IMG/VR virus record: IMGVR_UViG_3300023208_000003
Span: 32,001 to 96,000 of that record
Reading direction: 5' to 3' (one strand)
DNA from: a virus
DNA: 64,000 bases
Position 1 is the stretch's first letter. Every line of letters begins with the position of its first letter. Shown piece after piece: positions 35,375 to 46,400 of the stretch. The notes below the pieces were generated by a model. It saw nothing but the letters and a program-made list of their open reading frames with translations. It was not told the origin of the DNA and made no database searches. The translations under genes and the position numbers were made by a program.

Positions 35375-35605
35375 TTAGTATTGTCTACGAACACTTGTTG
35401 TTAGCGCTTTGATCGCGTTGTTAAACGCAACTGGTTCTACTAACAACTGCCCCAGATCATATAACTGAACAGTATCATCGCCAACATCTTCAAAAAAGAA
35501 GGTTCCTTTATTTCCAGTTTTTTCAATATGGTGCAACTTAAAGCCTTTAACTTTCAAGGCTGCAGCTAATACAATATCCTGTGTATTAATTAGTTTTTCA
35601 GTCAT
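35375..35605 (-). CDS. Small DUF5659-like protein
   Basis: TQDIVLAAAL..KGFKL...KGTFFF...LLVEP..F pattern. CATAAATA upstream at 35639-35646. Confidence 0.55.
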   Translation of the reverse strand: MTEKLINTQDIVLAAALKVKGFKLHHIEKTGNKGTFFFEDVGDDTVQLYDLGQLLVEPVAFNNAIKALTTSVRRQY

Positions 35606-35659
35606 ATTATTTCCTATATCGTATGTTCGTTATGCCACTATTTATGAAAATTCAATTTT

Positions 35660-36658
35660 TTAGAAGCAAATTAACATCGCATATCCACTTTGTGGAGCGC
35701 CGAATGTTATCTGTACAGTGTCTAAATCAATAACTTGAACTTTATCTGGCAGAATTGAAGTAAAACCACCATCATAAATTGACCATTGAATACGCATTGT
35801 GTGTTTGTTGTGTGTTACTACCCAAATAGTGGCAGCAACGTTTTGAACATGCTCATATCCCTGTGGGCCTGAGGCAGTTACGTGAATATTTTGTACGGTT
35901 GTCGCTAAGTTGCTAAGAGCTTGTTGAACATTAGTTGCGCCTGGTATTGAACTAATAGGTGTAATCGAAATTTCAGTAGCAGCGTGTTTAGCATTACCAT
36001 CATAAGTAAGGTGATTCTGAACTGAGTTGTTTAGTGTGGTAATGTTAACGTTGTTAATTGTTCCATTAACAGACATATTACCTGAAATTGACGCAGTTCC
36101 AGTAATAAGCGTTGCTTGGAGAAACGCGTTACCATCTTTGTCAATTCTAAATACTGGGGCACCGCCAAACGTTTTACGTACAGTAATTAAATCAACAGCT
36201 GGAACAACTCCGGCGTCAGGTTCAATTTTTAGCGGGGTTACGTTAGCATTTGATGGAGTAATTTGCCAGTGATCTGAATCTTGAATGTTTGTATTGACAA
36301 TAGTTGAATTGCCAAGAACATTTAAATCACCAGTAATAGTAACAGCGCCAGTGCTTGAATCAACCTTAAAGAAAATTGTGGAATTGTTATCATCATAGAT
36401 AACAAAATCCTTACCAGTATCGAGCTTAATTGAAGCATTGCCTTGATTATCATGAGATGCATCGTAAATTGTTTGTAAGTCTAGAGCATTGCCGTGATGA
36501 CCACTTGTTGATGAGCCATCATCAAATAAAAGTCCTCTACCGCCAACGGTAAACGTTGAATTACTTGTACCACCCGCATTAATCGTTTCACCATCACGAA
36601 GACGATCAAAAATACCATCTTCGCTAAGATAAATAACCCGTCTGATGCTTGTTGTCAT
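35660..36658 (-). CDS. Virion structural/fibre protein
   Basis: Beta-rich, with C-terminal WVVTHNKH module. Lies in the structural operon. Confidence 0.65.
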   Translation of the reverse strand: MTTSIRRVIYLSEDGIFDRLRDGETINAGGTSNSTFTVGGRGLLFDDGSSTSGHHGNALDLQTIYDASHDNQGNASIKLDTGKDFVIYDDNNSTIFFKVDSSTGAVTITGDLNVLGNSTIVNTNIQDSDHWQITPSNANVTPLKIEPDAGVVPAVDLITVRKTFGGAPVFRIDKDGNAFLQATLITGTASISGNMSVNGTINNVNITTLNNSVQNHLTYDGNAKHAATEISITPISSIPGATNVQQALSNLATTVQNIHVTASGPQGYEHVQNVAATIWVVTHNKHTMRIQWSIYDGGFTSILPDKVQVIDLDTVQITFGAPQSGYAMLICF

Positions 36659-36667
36659 TATGGCACC

Positions 36668-37630
36668 TTAAATTGATAAACGCACTGCTGGCATTAAGTT
36701 CATAAAAACTGCATCTTTATCATAGACAAATCCAACTTGTTGCGATATACCAACTGCTGGTGGAGATAAAGTAATCTCTCCATTTGCTGAACAAAATAAT
36801 GGTTTACCAGCTGATGTCGATGCAAAATTCCATTGATCATTTCTAACGATGCCGTTTGCAACTACGTGCCCGACCTCTGTGGCGTATAAATCTTCCTGTA
36901 CGATACCATGAATTTGACGATTCGGTTGCGCTGATGAAGCTAACGCAATCTTACCAAAATTAACATATGAAACCAAGTGAAATTTTGGGATAGGTTCAAC
37001 TGCTTCTCCGAAAAGTTGAGCAGCTTCAAACTTAACATTTTCACTCGAAGTGTGAGAAATTTTTAAATCTGACTCAGTAGTAACAAACGTTCCATCATTA
37101 TTACGAAGCGGTTTATTGTTAGTACCGAATATGATGTTACCAGAATTTACTTCCTGATGCTTGTTGATCTGTGATCCAACAGGAAACGGAATAATGATGG
37201 CGTTGCTATCATAAGTTGCAGCAAAAAGACGAATTTTTGGAATCCACTTTGAGCCATTCCAAACTTTCATCGTCATTTCAGATAAATCAAACCAGTGCTG
37301 ATCCTTTGCAGGATTTACTGGCTGATTTGGAGTAATCATTGGCGGCAGCGTTGTAAAGCTGCGAGTCAAACTACCATCAAGAAAGCTAATATCCCAATAC
37401 AGATATTGCGTTATACCGTGAGGCGCAAACGGCCCCCAAGCGTGCGTTATAGTCTTCGTTTCTTCAATTAAATAGTTAGCGCCTTGATGCGCAATTGAAA
37501 TAATTGTTGGATCAGGTGATATAATTAAATCAATAAATTCACCACCAAGAGACGACTTACGTAAGAATGTTGGTGTTCCAGTGTAATCCGTTTGACAACG
37601 TACAATTCCGTGTCTAAAGCTTAGTCTCAC
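36668..37630 (-). CDS. Virion structural protein
   Basis: Contains QHWFD..MKVWNGSKW fibre-like motif. Lies in the structural operon. Confidence 0.6.
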   Translation of the reverse strand: MRLSFRHGIVRCQTDYTGTPTFLRKSSLGGEFIDLIISPDPTIISIAHQGANYLIEETKTITHAWGPFAPHGITQYLYWDISFLDGSLTRSFTTLPPMITPNQPVNPAKDQHWFDLSEMTMKVWNGSKWIPKIRLFAATYDSNAIIIPFPVGSQINKHQEVNSGNIIFGTNNKPLRNNDGTFVTTESDLKISHTSSENVKFEAAQLFGEAVEPIPKFHLVSYVNFGKIALASSAQPNRQIHGIVQEDLYATEVGHVVANGIVRNDQWNFASTSAGKPLFCSANGEITLSPPAVGISQQVGFVYDKDAVFMNLMPAVRLSI

Positions 37631-37648
37631 AGTTTAAATCCTCTATCC

Positions 37649-38305
37649 TTAAGAAACTGAAATAGTCAAACTGTAAGTAATTAACAGCTCACGATTAGCA
37701 GTTTTTTCAATTGGATTAAAAATCAAATGTGTTAAAAGCAGTCCGCCGGCATTTGCAGCACCGTTAGAAGCAGTATCTGCCAAGAGTGCTAGTTCATCGA
37801 AAGCAAAACTATATCCAAAATCAGTGCCGGGTCCATACGGAGGGTCTATTGACGGCGGATTTGCTAAAGCTTGATCTGGTCCCGTATCAGTTGATAGCTG
37901 TGTTGCAGGTTCATTGACAGCAAGTGTAAGCGTTGCAACCACAATTGATGTTAAATCGCCTGGAACAGAGCTTGCCGCAGAAATACAAGAATTACCTGAA
38001 CCAACAGACACTGAAGAATCATCAATAACTTCTTCATACGTTTGGTTGTAAAGCGTTGCATTTACGCCAGTCGTATTTGGTTGCAAGTAGTTAATTTTTA
38101 ACGCAGAGTCAATATAAGTTCCACCATTACCAAGCGCAAGCTTAAAAATTGTTCCATAAGGTTCATTTGCTAAACCACGGGCAATAGTGCGCGCCATGTT
38201 CTGCGGATGAACAGCGTTGCATGTCCAAGGAAGAAGGATTTCTCCAGTCTTCTTATCTTCTATCTTAACGCGTCCTTTTACAAAGGATGAAAATCTTTCG
38301 TACAT
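37649..38305 (-). CDS. Putative baseplate/tail fibre attachment protein
   Basis: KGRVKIED...NAVH..ALGNGG...FDELAL...LLTH..FNPIEKT..R...YSL resembles tail-fibre-collar/baseplate proteins. CATAAATA at 38344-38351. Confidence 0.55.
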   Translation of the reverse strand: MYERFSSFVKGRVKIEDKKTGEILLPWTCNAVHPQNMARTIARGLANEPYGTIFKLALGNGGTYIDSALKINYLQPNTTGVNATLYNQTYEEVIDDSSVSVGSGNSCISAASSVPGDLTSIVVATLTLAVNEPATQLSTDTGPDQALANPPSIDPPYGPGTDFGYSFAFDELALLADTASNGAANAGGLLLTHLIFNPIEKTANRELLITYSLTISVS

Positions 38306-38357
38306 ATTAGATGTCCCTAAAAAGTTTAGTATTGCATTTGTGTTATTTATGAAAAAA

Positions 38358-41300
38358 TTAAGTTATCGTTACTGTAATAGCTCTTGGTGCTGGTAGTTCA
38401 ATTAAAAATGCTTTATCCGTCAAAATAATTACCGTATAATCAGCAATGTCACCTAGCCAAATTGGATAATCAGTTAAAATTGCGTTCGTGTATGCGTCTT
38501 TTACTACAATTGTCGGTGTATTTGGTATATTATGATCCACTTTTACACGCATTATTTCTTTAGTTGGATTTTGATCAGGTGTATGATAACTCGGTAAATT
38601 TAAACAACTAAAAGTTTCATGTGCTTCTAAGTGAACCTCGACTTCAAAAGTGCCATTTAACAGCTTCATGTAAAATACGGCGCTGTCTACGATTCTACTT
38701 GTAGAAGATTCCTCTACTCCACCAATGTGAGCTGGAGTATTTAAAGGGTCATCAGAGATTGAAGTTAAATTCGCAAGTCCGTAATACGCCTGATCATCAT
38801 AACCACCAACAAAAAGAGAATTTGGGTCATCACCTGCGTGTGGTGGAACGGTTGTTGGATGTGGTGCTGCGTCATATGGCGCAACATCATACCCAACCGG
38901 CAGAATAAACGTAAATGGAACTCCAGGTACTACTTCATCATAAACCTTAACACGAATATCATCTTTCCACATTGGCATTATGCCACTGTCGATCTTAAAA
39001 TCATACTTTTCTGTTATTGCAACACTAGCGGTATCATAAAATCTATTTACTTCTGAAAAGCTAATAAAATCAGTAAATTTTATTCTTGGATGTTCAGTGA
39101 AAGTATCGCGTTGATCAACTTGGAATGAAAAATTTGTTCCAACGGGAACATAATTATCAACAAATGAAGTATCTAAATCAATGAATTGAATATCGTTGTT
39201 TGTAGTAGGGTCTGTTAGATAATGAATTGTGCCAAGACTTTCAAATGTTTTTCCGTCCTTCGTTTTATTTGAAAGATAAACATTCTGCTGGCGACTTTCA
39301 GTCGGAAAATATTTATTTCCGACCATATGAATAGGAACCCAGCTACTTTCAGATTCATTCGTAATTGCGTATTGATCACCATCACGCAATCCCTTAATCG
39401 TTACGTATTTTGTACTTGCTGTTTCTGTAACAAAAAAGTTTGTGTAAGTATGTCCATTGATAAAAACACCTGCTTCAACTACTGTTTTTGGAATAACAAC
39501 ATTTATAGTTGATGCGTGCGCAACGCCAGCTGGCAAATTGTACTCAACAAAACCGACTATTGAATAACGATCTCCAGGATTCAACGGTTCAGAAGTAAAT
39601 TGAAAATTAGTAAAAGTAAAATTACTATTAAATTCACCATTTACAAAAAATTGAATTTCTTTATACATACCTGGTATTCGCATGGTGATTGGACCACCTT
39701 TTGAAATACCATGCGCAAATGTTTTAGGAGTTGTTCCTAATTCTTCATGATTTTTAGCTGAATTTTGAATCCAAAATCTAAACGTGTCGCTTTCCGCACC
39801 ATCAATAATGATAGCTGAGTTTAAAGCTGGGCGTTCTTTAAATATTATTAAATCATGACCATACCAAAGATCAAAATCGTGTGCCTTTACGTTAAAGTCA
39901 AAACTATAATAAAGTGGAAAATCACCAGTTATTTTAAAGAAAACTTTTCCGGCGCCTCGATAATCTGTTCCAATCTTTAAAAGATCAGTGTAATCAAACC
40001 CTGGCACTGCTCCAGTTCCCGTTCCAGCAACTGAACGGTTTACGGAAAATACTTGATCAGCTTCATTAATCAGTTGAAGCGAATATTTTTCAGTTACTGA
40101 ATCAAGACGCGGTTTATGTGTAAACTCAATTGCGCGAGCACCATCTAGAATAACTGATGACGGCGTTTTTACTTCTGCTGTTGTAGTTTTATTATTTTCA
40201 ACGTGTTCAATTTGATAAAATGGTTCAGGAATAGTAAAGCCAATTTTACCGTTATAATAGCGTTTTCCAACAATTGCGGGGTCTTGCCAGCCAGAAACTG
40301 TTCCATAAACAAGATATGATGGTTTATCAGCAAATACCTCAAATTTAAAAACATCACCAGCTATAATGTCAAGACTTGCTGCATAAATTGTGAAACTTAG
40401 TAAATCAGAAAAATAAGTTTCTCCAACAGTAGCCAAACCTTGATCACCACTTACAGAACCAATTACCGTAAAAGTAGTACCATTAATTGCAGTAAGGGTC
40501 CATACCTGTGCAGGGCAGTTCCAGAATGTAGAAGCGTATAGTGAAATATAAGGGTTATTGATGGAGTGGACTTCAATAGGTGGTAACTCATTGGCGTCTA
40601 AACTATAATTTGTTATGTTAAATGAAATTTTATCGCCTTCCACAAAATGAGTTGGCGAAGTTCCTACAGTTGTTCCCCAAGATGAAAATGCAGAATACGG
40701 CGGAGTGTGGGCCGTTGGAATATCCTCATGTAGAATTGGAACAATTGTAAATCTTACTTTTCCATTATCGTATGGAATATCAACTGTTGCATCAGCAAAT
40801 GTTTCTATTAAAACAGTTTTTGAATTATCAGTGTATTGTTTAACTGAAAATGTTGTTGCTGTTTTCGCGTCAAGTTCCCAGAAGCTTGTTTCAACTAAGT
40901 CAGTAATTGTCCAAACTTGAAGCTCTGTTGGGTTATAAATTGCAGGTGTTTGAAAACCAAAATGTTCAGCATAACCGCTGTTAAATGTTGCATTACTAAC
41001 TTCAAGCTTTCTACCATTTTTAATGTAAGGAGTTGGATTATTCAGCGTAAATGAAAATTTTGACCCAATTGGAAATGCTGTAGGACCTGGCTGAATTGTA
41101 AAGCTAATAACTCCATTATCATAAGGTACCCCTAGAGTTGCTTGCGCAAAAGTTCTAGTTACCTGACCAAACGCTAAGTCTGCTTTTTCAATAACGTCAA
41201 ATTTTGTTGTTAAAAGTGGATCACGTGAAATTTCCCAATATCTTGTTGGAGCTCCTTGATCAACAATAGTTAAATTTAGCGAACTAAGATCATAATTTTG

Positions 41301-43478
41301 AAATGGCGTATTATATGGGTACGCGTCATAAAATTCAAAATCTTTAAAATTTGGAGTTGAAGGTTGAGCCGTTTTTAACCAATTAATAAAAGTCCAGATA
41401 TCATTTAACTGCGATTCAGTAAAAATAACAGCGTTGCTTAAATCAAAAAATGGTGCTTCTGCCGGCGCATCTGTTAAAAATAACTGGAATACTGGTCTAC
41501 CAATAGTTGTTAATTCATTGGAGATATCAACATATCCTAATGAAAAAAGATAACTCATGAACGCGGTAAAAACATCACTGTCAGTAAATGGCGATGGATC
41601 ATAACCATCAGATAAAGCTAACTTTTCAATTGTAGGCTTTGGATTTTCAATAAAAATTTCAAACCAATCAGTAACTCGAAAATCATAGGTTCCACTGTTT
41701 ATCGTAAAACCGATTTCAGAATTTGAATATGGGGTATCAATAAACGCATTTGCCATTGTACCTGAAATTTCACCAACGACCGTAAATTCAGTTGGTGAAA
41801 TTGCAGTTAATAACCAGCGTTGCGTTTTTACTGCAGCATGATTGATAATAACTGGATCCAAATAACCTAAATTTCTAGAAAGAAATAGTGGTCTAGAATA
41901 TGCTAAAGGGTCCGTCTTAATTAATGACCAAGTTTCAACAGGAGCTGTTGGATTTACATAAACTTTACAAACAGGTTCAAGAACAATTTTATCGCCAATT
42001 GTTAATTCATCCTGCTCAATTAATGGGTGACTTACTCTAAATGAAATTTTTGGTGACGTAAATTTTTTACCAGCAATCGCAACACCTTGATACCCACTTA
42101 CTTCACCAATTACATTAAACGCAACAAAGTCAACTACTGGCGCAGGCTCAGTAATAGTAACAATTTTACCGGTATATCCAGGAGAATCAATAATGTTAGT
42201 AAAATTGACAATAATATTATCATCAGTAACTGAAATCTTAGCTGGTATAATCATCTGTTGGCCTTCTGGACCATCGACATAAACTGAGATTACTGGAGTT
42301 GAACTGCCTGATTCATTAGGAAAAATCCAATCAAAAAGAGGAACTTGCTGATTATAAGTATGGCCAATTCCATTTGTACTTGACGCTAAAATAACCTTTC
42401 CAGCTTGTGGTGAGCTAAATTTTATTTGAGCGTGATACTTGTCAATGATAATTGTTTCAAGCGGAAGAATTGGAACATATTTTCCATCTTCTAAAACATA
42501 GCTTTGAATTATTACATCGGTTGTTCCTATATCATGCGGAATGCTCCAAGTAACCGAAGGAGTTGTTTGTTCAAATGTAAATATTTGAAGCTGAGTGTCT
42601 AGCGCGTTCAACGCACGAAGCACACCTTCTCGTGGTGAATTAAATTCAGCAATAACGTGATTTGAAGTTGTAATTACATTGTTTGGAAGCGCCGCAATTA
42701 GAGTTCCTGGATTTTCAGGATCATCAATATAAGTTTGAAAAACAACGTCAGTAATTTCAGCTGGTTTATTAATTACCCACTCAGTTAATGGATATGGTGG
42801 TGAAAGTATTGTTGCTGTTGGCGGTTGATAATTAGAGGAAATAATGTTAAAAATTTCCAACGTCCAATTTTCATAAACGTCACCAGGTGTTTCAATATGC
42901 GTTATTTTAAATAAATCAGAAATATAATTCTGAAAATAAACATTCGCATTTTCTTTTACCTCAAAGCCAGTTGAAATATAACTCGACGCAGTTGGACTGG
43001 TTTTCCAACGATTTTGTTCACGATCAAGCTGTGTCCACGTACGGTTGAGCGGATCAACTTTAAATGAATTAACGCCGTGAGATATAAAAAAATCAACGGA
43101 TTGTGATTGAGCAAATGAATTAACTTTAACAGTCGTTATTTCTTCGACAGCGCGCTGGCGCATTACTCCTTGTAAACCAGGAATATCTAATGTTTCACTT
43201 GCAACACCTTTAAAAATATGTTCACAAACACCTGTTGTAAATCGAGGAGTTAAAAATGGCGGAATTTGAAGTCTGGTTTGCCAGCCATCGGACGGAACAT
43301 TTATACGCCACTTACCATTAAGATGAACCCACGTATGATTCTGATCTTTAATATTAACGTCAACGTTATCAAAAAATTTATATTCATCTACTATTTCAGT
43401 TATTTTACAATGATATGGTTTAACGTCATTGATAAAATCAACAAGCGACTGAATATAACGCGCATTTTTAGTAGTCAT
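38358..43478 (-). CDS. Giant baseplate/tail structural protein (1706 aa) with repeated beta-modules
   Basis: Repeated W.L.A.S.T.F.V.G..SG...F.I..G...F..GD.F modules. Coupled to the 2842-aa gene. Confidence 0.7.
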   Translation of the reverse strand: MTTKNARYIQSLVDFINDVKPYHCKITEIVDEYKFFDNVDVNIKDQNHTWVHLNGKWRINVPSDGWQTRLQIPPFLTPRFTTGVCEHIFKGVASETLDIPGLQGVMRQRAVEEITTVKVNSFAQSQSVDFFISHGVNSFKVDPLNRTWTQLDREQNRWKTSPTASSYISTGFEVKENANVYFQNYISDLFKITHIETPGDVYENWTLEIFNIISSNYQPPTATILSPPYPLTEWVINKPAEITDVVFQTYIDDPENPGTLIAALPNNVITTSNHVIAEFNSPREGVLRALNALDTQLQIFTFEQTTPSVTWSIPHDIGTTDVIIQSYVLEDGKYVPILPLETIIIDKYHAQIKFSSPQAGKVILASSTNGIGHTYNQQVPLFDWIFPNESGSSTPVISVYVDGPEGQQMIIPAKISVTDDNIIVNFTNIIDSPGYTGKIVTITEPAPVVDFVAFNVIGEVSGYQGVAIAGKKFTSPKISFRVSHPLIEQDELTIGDKIVLEPVCKVYVNPTAPVETWSLIKTDPLAYSRPLFLSRNLGYLDPVIINHAAVKTQRWLLTAISPTEFTVVGEISGTMANAFIDTPYSNSEIGFTINSGTYDFRVTDWFEIFIENPKPTIEKLALSDGYDPSPFTDSDVFTAFMSYLFSLGYVDISNELTTIGRPVFQLFLTDAPAEAPFFDLSNAVIFTESQLNDIWTFINWLKTAQPSTPNFKDFEFYDAYPYNTPFQNYDLSSLNLTIVDQGAPTRYWEISRDPLLTTKFDVIEKADLAFGQVTRTFAQATLGVPYDNGVISFTIQPGPTAFPIGSKFSFTLNNPTPYIKNGRKLEVSNATFNSGYAEHFGFQTPAIYNPTELQVWTITDLVETSFWELDAKTATTFSVKQYTDNSKTVLIETFADATVDIPYDNGKVRFTIVPILHEDIPTAHTPPYSAFSSWGTTVGTSPTHFVEGDKISFNITNYSLDANELPPIEVHSINNPYISLYASTFWNCPAQVWTLTAINGTTFTVIGSVSGDQGLATVGETYFSDLLSFTIYAASLDIIAGDVFKFEVFADKPSYLVYGTVSGWQDPAIVGKRYYNGKIGFTIPEPFYQIEHVENNKTTTAEVKTPSSVILDGARAIEFTHKPRLDSVTEKYSLQLINEADQVFSVNRSVAGTGTGAVPGFDYTDLLKIGTDYRGAGKVFFKITGDFPLYYSFDFNVKAHDFDLWYGHDLIIFKERPALNSAIIIDGAESDTFRFWIQNSAKNHEELGTTPKTFAHGISKGGPITMRIPGMYKEIQFFVNGEFNSNFTFTNFQFTSEPLNPGDRYSIVGFVEYNLPAGVAHASTINVVIPKTVVEAGVFINGHTYTNFFVTETASTKYVTIKGLRDGDQYAITNESESSWVPIHMVGNKYFPTESRQQNVYLSNKTKDGKTFESLGTIHYLTDPTTNNDIQFIDLDTSFVDNYVPVGTNFSFQVDQRDTFTEHPRIKFTDFISFSEVNRFYDTASVAITEKYDFKIDSGIMPMWKDDIRVKVYDEVVPGVPFTFILPVGYDVAPYDAAPHPTTVPPHAGDDPNSLFVGGYDDQAYYGLANLTSISDDPLNTPAHIGGVEESSTSRIVDSAVFYMKLLNGTFEVEVHLEAHETFSCLNLPSYHTPDQNPTKEIMRVKVDHNIPNTPTIVVKDAYTNAILTDYPIWLGDIADYTVIILTDKAFLIELPAPRAITVTIT

Positions 43479-46400
43479 TGAATGGAATTACCTGCGGTGG
43501 CGAAATTGTTCTAACTGAGTGAACTGCTAATCTTGATGTTTTAAATAAATCAGTAAATTCAAAGTTATTAGCTAACGCGTCATTTAAAACTTCAAAGAAT
43601 AATGTGTTTATTTGACGTGGAGAAGCTAATCTCCAAATAGTATCAAGTGTCCTTCTTGTTGCAAAGGGAGTTGCAAACCAAAGATCCGCCTCAATAAAAT
43701 TCAAAGCTTCGATGTAATCTGGAATATTTATTCCTCCAATATTTTTTACTAATTTAGTGTTCAGGATAGCATCTCTCAAAGTCGCTAACACTAAATGTGT
43801 ATCAACCATTATTTGATCTTTTCCAAAACCATAACGTGTACGTGTATTGTGACGAGCATCATAATCAATTCTATTTTGAGATGGAAGTTGATCGCCTCGA
43901 GAATTTTGACCACATGCTGTGTCAGATAATTTATCCCAAAGTTGTTTTGGTATTTTATGTTTTTGATCTGGTCTAATCTGTGTCCATTCCGTGTGAGTAT
44001 TCTTAAGATCAAGCTCTTTAGGATCATCTCGTAAAGTAAAATCTTCAGTAAATCTTAATTTATATGAATCATCACTTGTAACAAATAAGTTCAAACCATG
44101 AACGCTTATCGCGTCGTAGCGCGCTGGTTTAGTCAAAGTGGCAGGTAACAAATTATGAAATGTTAGGTATGTACTTGGACCATTTCTTAGTTGAATTTCA
44201 GCTTGCTGGGCTGACATTAAATTATTTGTAGCAGCAAATGTTTTATTTCGTACCCAGAAAAAATAATTATTACCAATAATCGTTCCTTCAGAATCACGTT
44301 GAGGCACAATAACATATTGATAATCATTTTTAAATTGAGTTTGTATCGTTAAATCATCTTTGCTTTCTGGGTCAAATGTCAACTCAATAGCATTTGGTTC
44401 ATACTTTCGATACAAAACAACTACCTGTTGACCAGCTGGTATTTTATTTGTTAAATAAACAATATTTCCATTAACAGTAAAAATACTATTAAGCTGCAAA
44501 ATTCCATTTATGTAAACAGAAATTCGCTTCGAGTTCAATGTCTCGTCAAACGTGAATGTCAACTTATCATTATTTCCAGTTTTCTTTTGTAATAAATCAG
44601 TGAGAATAGCCCAAGAGGTCCATGATGACTTTATTCTGTTTACAATTTCACCGCTATTAAGAACCAAAGGAGTCTTATTTTCAGCAACGGCTTCTGCTAC
44701 AAGATCAGCAGTTGTTGCAACTTGAATCCAATCACCATAAAATGGTTGCCACGTATTGATAGGCGCATTCAAATCAGCCGAAAGTTGTTTTTGTGTAGGA
44801 ATTACCTGTGCTATCCACTGTGTTTGCGAAATTAAAGGATCATTTACAAGTTCTAATGAAGCAAATGGAAGATGAGTTGTTATTGAAATTTGCTCACGAA
44901 CTTTTACATTATGTCCAAGAGCAATTGCTTGCGCTATTTCAAGCGAATCAATATTATTAACTGCAGGAGTTAAAATTACTGCAATTCCAAGATTTGTAAA
45001 ATCATACTTGATAGGAGCTCCTATTTGTCCAAAGAAATCTTCAATATCAAGACGCTGAGACAAAGTATTTGAAATAGCAATAACTCCAACTGTTCCATCA
45101 AAAATATCAAGCTTAAATGAAATTTCGCCAATAGCATTTCCAATCGAAGACACTTTGGCAGACGGTACAAAGGCAATAGAACTAAATTCAGCAGGTAAAT
45201 CGACTAATCCTGGAAGCAACAATTCAAAACTTGAACCAATATCATAATTTAAAATTCCAGTTATCGTAGCTTCACCGACCGGTTTATCTTCATCCCATCC
45301 CCAAATTTTGACATTTGCATTTAATCCATGATCGCTAAATCTTCCATCATCAAGAGTTACATGTAAATCACTGATAAACAAGCGTGTAGAAGCACCAAGA
45401 AATTGAGTTACATTGCCTTCTGGAGGTGGGTTTGGAGTTCTTGACCAAGCAACTGGACGTTTCCACCAAATTCTATTACGAGAATAAGTTTCTTGACGAG
45501 CAACAGTTCCAGATTTTTTAAGACCACTTTCTATTTCTAATTTTCCTTCTTGTTCTTTTGCTTGCTTGTTATAAGTAAGAGGAGGAACATCTGATTGTAC
45601 CCACTCATAGACCTTTATGTCAGAATAATCCGCTAATGATCCCCAACGTGATAAACGCTCCTCAATGGTTGAAAAGATTGAAGTATCGTAATATGGAACG
45701 TAATCAAGCGTTTCAGTATCCCACCAGACTCTACCAACTTCACGTTCCCCCCAGGTAGAAACGGTAGAATAATTAGGATTATCAGTAATAAGCGTAGAGC
45801 AATTGTAACGCGCTAAGTCAGTAGGCGAAATAATATTCACTGATTCAAGTGGTAACGGATTATGAGAATCAAATGCTGGATGCCAAACACTAATATCTTC
45901 TATAAGCGTTTGGCTCTTATAATTAAATAATTTAATTGGTGAAAATTTTGGTTTAGCTGGAATAAAACCAACTAATTCAACAGTTCCAGCTGTTAAAACG
46001 CGAATAGTATCAGAATTCACCTTTTCAACATCAACTCTAAATGAAAATAATTGTCCATTCGTGAATGGATTTAAGCCAGCTTCAATTAAGAATCCAATTT
46101 TACCATTATCATAATAAGTTCCAACAGTTCCATAATCTGCTTGAGTTAAAGTATCTCCAATTACGCTAAACTGAGTAGCTGATAACATCGTGATTTGCCA
46201 ATTTTCGGCTGTTGCGTAGGGTCCATGAACTTTTATATCAGTAAGATTTCCATAACCTGTAACTTCCAGAGATGTTTTAACATTAGTTTCAAATACAAAA
46301 AAATCCTCGGCTACAAAAGCGATTTCACCGTTTATTAAGTCAAATTTAAATAAACCATTATCATACCTACCAAATCCAATATTTGTATCAATCACACCAG

